Shown: positions 58,228 through 64,000 of the stretch, piece by piece
Position numbering within the stretch: position 1 is the first letter of the stretch
How the letters are laid out: every line of letters starts with the position of its first letter
Assembly (NCBI GenBank): GCA_900316665.1
Contig: ONDV01000006.1
Location: 8,705-72,704 of the forward strand
From: an uncultured Lachnospiraceae bacterium
Lineage (GTDB): Bacteria; Bacillota; Clostridia; Lachnospirales; Lachnospiraceae
Direction: 5' to 3'
DNA length: 64,000 nucleotides
Made by a program: the position numbers and the translations under genes
The notes under the pieces: generated by a model
Told to the model about the DNA's origin: nothing
What the model saw: only the letters and a program-made list of their open reading frames with translations
The model's database searches: none

Positions 58228-60099
58228 ATGTTTGATATACAGGAAGAATTAAAAAAGCTTCCGGATCAGCCGGGAGTATATATAATGAGGGACAGGTCTG
58301 ACACGATTATTTATATCGGGAAAGCCAAGAGCCTTACGAAACGTGTTCATCAATATTTTCAGGCCAGTCACGATGAGGGCATAAAGAAACAGAGAATGGT
58401 CGAACATATTGATCATTTCGAATACATCGTGACTGATTCGGAGCTTGAGGCACTGATTCTGGAATGTAACCTGATAAAGGAACACAGACCCAGATATAAT
58501 ACCATGCTCCGGGACGATAAGACTTATCCTTATATAAAGGTGACTCTGGGTGAGGAATACCCCAGAGTCATTTTTGCACGCCGCATGATAAGAGACAAGA
58601 GCAGATATTTCGGACCCTTTACCAGCGGTAATGCTGTGAGAGAGACTATAGATCTCGTGCAGAAGGTATTTCATCTGAGAACCTGCAACAGAAAATTTCC
58701 GGAATCGATCGGTAAGGGAAGACCTTGTCTGAACTACCATATGAAGCAGTGCCGGGGCGTATGTACAGGACTTGTGTCACCGGAGGAATACAAAGTAAAT
58801 GTAGATCAGGCTCTGGAATTTCTGAAAGGAAACGATAAGCCTGTAATAGACAGACTGACAAGCGAAATGCAGGAAGCATCGGATGCTCTTGATTTTGAAA
58901 AGGCAGCCGGATACAGGGATCTTATCAATGCCGTAAAATCATGTGTTGAGAAACAGAAGATCACCCGGACTGACAGCGATGATCAGGATATCATAGCAAT
59001 AGCCCGCGAAGGAAATGATGCTGTCATTCAAGTATTTTTCGTGCGAAGTGGGAGAATGATAGGAAGGGATCATTTCTTCCTGTCTGTCTCGCCGGATGAT
59101 ACTGACGGGGAAATCACAGAGGCTTTCCTCCAGCAGTTCTATTCAGGGACGCCTTTTATACCAAATGAGATATATCTTCCATGCGAGCCGGAGAACATGG
59201 ACCTTTATGAGGAATGGCTGGCTGATAAAAGACAGGGTTCTGTCCACATCAGAGTACCGAAAAGAGGACAGAAGGCAAAGCTTTTGCAACTTGCCGGAAA
59301 AAATGCCGAGATAGTTCTGAATCAGGACAGAGACAGAATAAAGAAAGACGAGAAGAGGACTGAGGGCGCCATGCGGGAGCTGGCGTCTCTCATAGGCGCG
59401 GAAGGCGCAAAGCGCATGGAAGCGTATGATATATCCAATACAAACGGATATCAGTCTGTAGGTTCAATGGTTGTCTTTGAAAACGGCAGACCTTTAAGGA
59501 ATGATTACAGGAAATTCAGGATAAAGACGGTAAAGGGCCCGAATGATTACGCTTCCATGAGGGAAGTTCTGACCAGAAGATTCACACACGGTCTCGAAGA
59601 GATAGAAGAACTGAAAAAACAGGGACTCGGAACCGAGAGCGGATCTTTTACCAGATTTCCGGATATAATAATGATGGACGGCGGAAAAGGCCAGGTGAAT
59701 ATCGCCGAGGATGTTCTGAAGCAGCTGGGACTTGATATCCCCGTATGTGGAATGGTAAAGGATGACAGACACAGAACCAGAGGTCTTTACTATCACTCTG
59801 AAGAGCTTCCTATAGATACGGGAAGCGACGCATTCAGACTGATCACAAGACTTCAGGATGAAGCGCACCGCTTTGCGATCACATATCATAAGTCTCTCCG
59901 AAGCAAGAATGCGTATCACTCATTTCTTGATGATATACCTGGCATTGGCGAGAAGAGAAGGCTGGCTCTTATGGGGCATTTCATTTCCGCAGATGACCTG
60001 AAAAAAGCGACTGCAGAGGAGATAGCATCTGTGCCGGGTATGAATTCTGCTGCAGCAAATGCAGTTTATGATTATCTTCATGGCAAAGGATCGGACTGA
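58228..60099 (+). CDS. uvrC: Excinuclease ABC subunit C
   Basis: GIY-YIG (GVY..IYIGKAK), YDISN, MDGGKGQ, DEAHRFA, HhH IPGIG. Confidence 0.97.
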   Translation: MFDIQEELKKLPDQPGVYIMRDRSDTIIYIGKAKSLTKRVHQYFQASHDEGIKKQRMVEHIDHFEYIVTDSELEALILECNLIKEHRPRYNTMLRDDKTYPYIKVTLGEEYPRVIFARRMIRDKSRYFGPFTSGNAVRETIDLVQKVFHLRTCNRKFPESIGKGRPCLNYHMKQCRGVCTGLVSPEEYKVNVDQALEFLKGNDKPVIDRLTSEMQEASDALDFEKAAGYRDLINAVKSCVEKQKITRTDSDDQDIIAIAREGNDAVIQVFFVRSGRMIGRDHFFLSVSPDDTDGEITEAFLQQFYSGTPFIPNEIYLPCEPENMDLYEEWLADKRQGSVHIRVPKRGQKAKLLQLAGKNAEIVLNQDRDRIKKDEKRTEGAMRELASLIGAEGAKRMEAYDISNTNGYQSVGSMVVFENGRPLRNDYRKFRIKTVKGPNDYASMREVLTRRFTHGLEEIEELKKQGLGTESGSFTRFPDIIMMDGGKGQVNIAEDVLKQLGLDIPVCGMVKDDRHRTRGLYYHSEELPIDTGSDAFRLITRLQDEAHRFAITYHKSLRSKNAYHSFLDDIPGIGEKRRLALMGHFISADDLKKATAEEIASVPGMNSAAANAVYDYLHGKGSD

Positions 60100-60239
60100 T
60101 TTTCTTATCCGGGCAGGATAGTGCTGACTGCATACTTTTTTACGGATGTGGTACAATGCTTTCTGAGACAGGAAAATTCTGATCCGGTCGAAAAAAGAAC
60201 GGCATAAGAGAGAAAGATAAATCTACAGGAAGGAGCATT

Positions 60240-61181
60240 ATGGCTGGCGCAAAATTATCTAAAATTGCAGAACGCATGGGACTTAAGAATTTCACAAGCA
60301 AGATGGATCTGTCCGAACACAAGGTTATTATTCCGGATATCAACAGACCTGCTCTTCAGCTGAACGGATTCTATGAGCATTTCGAAAAGGACAGACTTCA
60401 GCTTATAGGTTCAGTAGAGCATGCTTATATGGATACAAAAAGCGAGCAGGAAAAAATAAAAGTCTATGATGAATTTTTCTCCCATCAGCTGCCGGGCGTC
60501 ATCTATTGCCGGGGATTCGAGCCGGAGCCCTATGTGCTGGATATTGCTTACAAATATAATGTGCCGCTTCTGGGAACGGACAGAGGTACTTCGGAGTTTA
60601 TGGCGGAGCTTATCTATACTCTTGGAGAAGCTCTGGCTCCCATGAAGACTATTCACGGGGTGCTCGTGGATGTATACGGCGAGGGACTTCTGATAATAGG
60701 AGAGTCCGGGATCGGAAAATCAGAGGCAGCGCTTGAGCTTATAAGACGTGGACACAGACTGGTGGCCGATGATGTGGTTGAGATCAGAAAGATAAATGAA
60801 AATACTCTTATGGGCACAAGTCCGGCGACAACGAAATATCTTATAGAGCTTCGCGGAATAGGAATAATCGATGTGAAATCGCTTTACGGAGTAGAGTGCG
60901 TAAAGGAGAGGCAGAGAATAGATCTGGTGATAAGGCTGCAGGAATGGGAATCAGGCACTGAATATGACAGGCTGGGACTCAATGACGAATATACAGAGAT
61001 CCTTGGCAAGCAGGTAGTCTGCCACAGCCTTCCTATCCGCCCGGGCAGAAACCTGGCCGTAATATGCGAGACCGCTGCCGTAAACCACAGACAGAAGAAG
61101 ATGGGATATAACGCGGCGCAGGAACTCTATAGAAGAGTGCAGGAGAACATAACATCCGGCGGACGCTTCGGTGAGAAATGA
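60240..61181 (+). CDS. hprK: HPr kinase/phosphorylase
   Basis: HGVLVDVYGEG, GESGIGKSE, LVADD, ELRGIGII, RPGRNLA. Confidence 0.97.
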   Translation: MAGAKLSKIAERMGLKNFTSKMDLSEHKVIIPDINRPALQLNGFYEHFEKDRLQLIGSVEHAYMDTKSEQEKIKVYDEFFSHQLPGVIYCRGFEPEPYVLDIAYKYNVPLLGTDRGTSEFMAELIYTLGEALAPMKTIHGVLVDVYGEGLLIIGESGIGKSEAALELIRRGHRLVADDVVEIRKINENTLMGTSPATTKYLIELRGIGIIDVKSLYGVECVKERQRIDLVIRLQEWESGTEYDRLGLNDEYTEILGKQVVCHSLPIRPGRNLAVICETAAVNHRQKKMGYNAAQELYRRVQENITSGGRFGEK

Positions 61182-61286
61182 TCATTCTGGGATAAATTGA
61201 GAAAAAAGAGATATTTTTGCACTCATATCTTGTCAGTGTAATTATTTATATCATCAAAATATAAGAAGAAAGGACGAGACAAAATA

Positions 61287-62684
61287 ATGGAAAGACCAAA
61301 TGCATGGAAAAAATATTCTGACGGCAGCAGGAGAGATGACCTGATGAAGTTCGCTTCTGATTATAGGGAATTCCTGTCCGGACATAAGACTGAGCGTGAA
61401 TGCACAGCTTTCTTTGCTGAAGAAGCAGAGAAAAAAGGATTTAAAAATCTTGATGAGATAATAAAAGAAAAAAATCCCCTGAAACCAGGTGACAGAGTCT
61501 ACAGAGTAAACAGGAAAAAGGCCATAGCGCTTTTTACGATCGGAGAGAAGCCGATCTCAAACGGTCTCACCATACTCGGAGCCCATATAGACAGCCCCAG
61601 ACTTGATCTGAAACAGAATCCGCTTTATGAGGATACTGATATAGCCCTTCTTGATACTCATTACTACGGAGGTATAAAGAAGTATCAGTGGGTGACTCTT
61701 CCCATGGCTCTTCACGGTGTGATAGTGAAAAAAGACGGCACCACGATCAATGTAAATCTCGGAGAAAATGAAGGTGATCCGGTATTCGGAGTATCAGATC
61801 TTCTGATCCATCTGGCAGGCGATCAGATGGAAAAGAAAGGCTCAAAGGTAGTTGAGGGCGAGGATCTGGATGTACTTTTCGGTTCGGAACCCATGAGTTC
61901 AAAAGATAAGGACGAGAAGGATCTTGTAAAGAAAAATGTCCTTGCTCTTTTGAAAGAGAAATACGATATAGAGGAAGAGGATTTCCTCTCCGCTGAGATA
62001 GAGGTCATACCTGCCGGTCCTGCCAGAGATTTTGGATTAGACAGAAGTATGATAATGGGTTACGGTCATGATGACAAGGTATGCGCATATCCATCATTCA
62101 GAGCTATCCTTGATACCGAGCCGGGAGTCGAGACCTATGCCTGCCTCCTTGTGGACAAGGAAGAGATAGGTTCAGTCGGCGCGACAGGAATGCATTCGGA
62201 ATTTTTCGAGGATACGGTAGCTGAGCTCTGCGCTCTTACAGGCGACGATTCAGCATTGTCTGTAAGAAGAGCCCTTAGAAATTCAAGAGCCCTCTCATCT
62301 GATGTAAGCGCTGCTTTTGATCCCACATATGCTGACGCATTTGAAAAGAAGAATGCATCCTATATGGGAAGAGGCATAGTAATAAATAAGTACACAGGCG
62401 CAAGAGGAAAGAGCGGATCGAACGATGCCTCAGCTGAATATATGGCATGTGTCCGTCAGGTCTTCGACAAAAACGATGTCTGCTTCCAGACGGCAGAGCT
62501 TGGCAAGGTAGACAAGGGAGGCGGCGGAACAATAGCTTACATTCTCGGAAATTACGGCATGAATGTGATAGACAGCGGAGTAGCCGTGCTTTCCATGCAT
62601 GCTCCCTGGGAGATCATTTCAAAGGTGGATCTCTATGAGGCATACAGAGGATATATAGCGTTTTTGAAGGATGCTCATATATGA
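61287..62684 (+). CDS. M18 family aminopeptidase
   Basis: GAHIDSP, YYGGIKKYQW, HDDKVC, DKEEIGS, LSSDV, MHAPWE. Confidence 0.93.
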   Translation: MERPNAWKKYSDGSRRDDLMKFASDYREFLSGHKTERECTAFFAEEAEKKGFKNLDEIIKEKNPLKPGDRVYRVNRKKAIALFTIGEKPISNGLTILGAHIDSPRLDLKQNPLYEDTDIALLDTHYYGGIKKYQWVTLPMALHGVIVKKDGTTINVNLGENEGDPVFGVSDLLIHLAGDQMEKKGSKVVEGEDLDVLFGSEPMSSKDKDEKDLVKKNVLALLKEKYDIEEEDFLSAEIEVIPAGPARDFGLDRSMIMGYGHDDKVCAYPSFRAILDTEPGVETYACLLVDKEEIGSVGATGMHSEFFEDTVAELCALTGDDSALSVRRALRNSRALSSDVSAAFDPTYADAFEKKNASYMGRGIVINKYTGARGKSGSNDASAEYMACVRQVFDKNDVCFQTAELGKVDKGGGGTIAYILGNYGMNVIDSGVAVLSMHAPWEIISKVDLYEAYRGYIAFLKDAHI

Positions 62685-63622
62685 AGACATCTTTAAGAAA
62701 GAGGACGGATGCCGTCACGGACAGTCTGAAACGTGAGCTTTTATCGGCAGTGGCAGATGGGAAATCCAGCCTGGAAGAGCCGATGGCTGGTCATACGACC
62801 ATGCGGGTCGGGGGTCCGGCGGAGGTATATATTGAGCCTGGATCCGGAGATCTTTCAAAGGTATCAGAGATTCTATATAATAACGGCATTCCTTATATGA
62901 TAATCGGAAACGGGTCAAATCTCCTGGTAGGTGATCTGGGAATACCCGGTGCTGTGATAAGCACAGTGCGGCTTAAGACTGTAAATGTGAATGAGAATCA
63001 TATTTATGCTGATGCCGGCGCCATGCTTTCCAGGGTGAGCAGGATCGCAGCAGACAGCTCGCTTAGCGGAATGGAAGAGCTTTCCGGTATCCCCGGTACT
63101 ATCGGCGGGGCTCTTCGGATGAATGCCGGAGCTTACGGAAGAGAGACGGGCGACATAGTGGAGGCTGTATATACACTCACTCCCGATGGCGAGAAAAGAA
63201 GATATAAGAGAGATGAACTGGAATTTGGCTACAGAAAGAGTACATTCTCTGACAGGAAAGAACTCATTACCGGCGTTGATCTCGTCCTTGAGTTCGGCGA
63301 TGAGAAAAATATTAAAGCCCGCATGCGGGAGCTGAATCAGAAGAGACGCGACAAACAGCCGCTGGAGCATCCTAGTGCCGGCAGCACATTCAAACGTCCG
63401 GAAGGATATTTTGCCGGCAAGCTTATAGAAGACAGCGGTCTTAAAGGCTACAGGGTAGGCGGCGCATGTGTGTCCGAAAAGCATTGCGGTTTTATAATAA
63501 ACCTTGGCAATGCAACGGCCGGTGATGTAAGGACTTTAATAAACGAGGTGATTTCAAAGGTCAGGGAAGATTCAGGTGTAACGCTTGAACCGGAGGTTAT
63601 AATGACAGGAGAGTTTTTATAG
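62681..63622 (+). CDS. murB: UDP-N-acetylenolpyruvoylglucosamine reductase
   Basis: HTTMRVGG, IGNGSNLL, GIPGTIGGA..MNAGAYG, QPLEHPSAGSTFKRP, HCGF, LEPEV. Confidence 0.97.
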   Translation: MKTSLRKRTDAVTDSLKRELLSAVADGKSSLEEPMAGHTTMRVGGPAEVYIEPGSGDLSKVSEILYNNGIPYMIIGNGSNLLVGDLGIPGAVISTVRLKTVNVNENHIYADAGAMLSRVSRIAADSSLSGMEELSGIPGTIGGALRMNAGAYGRETGDIVEAVYTLTPDGEKRRYKRDELEFGYRKSTFSDRKELITGVDLVLEFGDEKNIKARMRELNQKRRDKQPLEHPSAGSTFKRPEGYFAGKLIEDSGLKGYRVGGACVSEKHCGFIINLGNATAGDVRTLINEVISKVREDSGVTLEPEVIMTGEFL

Positions 63623-63635
63623 GAAGGAGAACGCT

Positions 63636-64000
63636 ATGAACAATTTGCTCCTTTTGACCGGCATGTCAGGATCAGGCAAGAGTACGGCATTCAAGATCCT
63701 TGAGGATCTGGGCTATGACTGTGTGGATAATCTGCCGGTTCCTCTCCTTAAAAGTTTTATGGACCTCATGGCAAATGACCCCATGCAGAAAAAGAAGGTC
63801 GCAGTAGGAATAGATATCCGTTCCGGTGAAAAACTCAGTCATCTGAAGAATATTCTTGATGAGCTGGAGCAGGATGGAAAGAAATGTACGATCCTTTATC
63901 TTGATGCAGATGATCAAACATTGGTCAGACGATATAAGGAGACGAGGCGTGTTCACCCTCTGTCAGGGAATGAGAGAGTAGAGGAAAGCATAAAAGAAGA
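63636..64000 (+). CDS. rapZ: RapZ/YvcJ family P-loop protein (3'-truncated by window edge)
   Basis: LLTGMSGSGKSTA..LEDLGYDCVDNLP, GIDIRS, RRYKETRRVHPL; AAGGAG RBS. Confidence 0.93.
   Translation, partial: MNNLLLLTGMSGSGKSTAFKILEDLGYDCVDNLPVPLLKSFMDLMANDPMQKKKVAVGIDIRSGEKLSHLKNILDELEQDGKKCTILYLDADDQTLVRRYKETRRVHPLSGNERVEESIKE

Noticed and set aside
63672-63956. 94-aa minus-strand ORF at the window end
   Set aside because: Shadow of the partial rapZ on the + strand, which the ORF track omits
1-64000. tRNA, rRNA, CRISPR arrays, IS elements, integrases and prophage genes
   Set aside because: None recognised on reading; intergenic gaps are short and show no spaced repeats. tRNAscan-SE, CRISPR and ISfinder searches would confirm

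Overview
A 64-kb chromosomal window from a Firmicute. Gene content and the uvrC-hprK...murB-rapZ order suggest Clostridia, probably Lachnospiraceae (inference). Nearly all genes are on the + strand. (1) 1-19.4 kb: the distal part of a mosaic cell-surface polysaccharide locus. It holds an epimerase, several GT2s and Wzm/Wzt with extra domains. It also has a putative WbdD-like kinase, an RgpF fused to a HAD/phosphoribosyltransferase module, DUF4422, a priming sugar transferase, and a GT2-GtrA gene broken by an in-frame TAA. (2) 19.5-22.7 kb: small housekeeping genes. (3) 22.9-39.9 kb: a sulfate assimilation and siroheme cluster (ThiS-ThiF-JAB-sulfite reductase-TusA, CHR transporter, AprAB, CysDN, BioY, SirC, HemC, CobA/HemD, LysR). 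A 2.4-kb cassette interrupts it, encoding an RHH protein and a single-chain HaeIII-like m5C methyltransferase-endonuclease fusion. (4) 40-64 kb: core genes (serS, thrS, nadABC, two ABC importers, putP, ftsH, uvrC, hprK, M18 aminopeptidase, murB, partial rapZ). No tRNA, rRNA, CRISPR array, transposase or integrase was seen. The strongest leads are the fused R-M gene with its RHH partner, the predicted rhamnan/ribofuranosyltransferase with capping and export machinery, and the thiocarboxylate-type sulfur relay. All product calls come from motif recognition by eye; no database searches were run.
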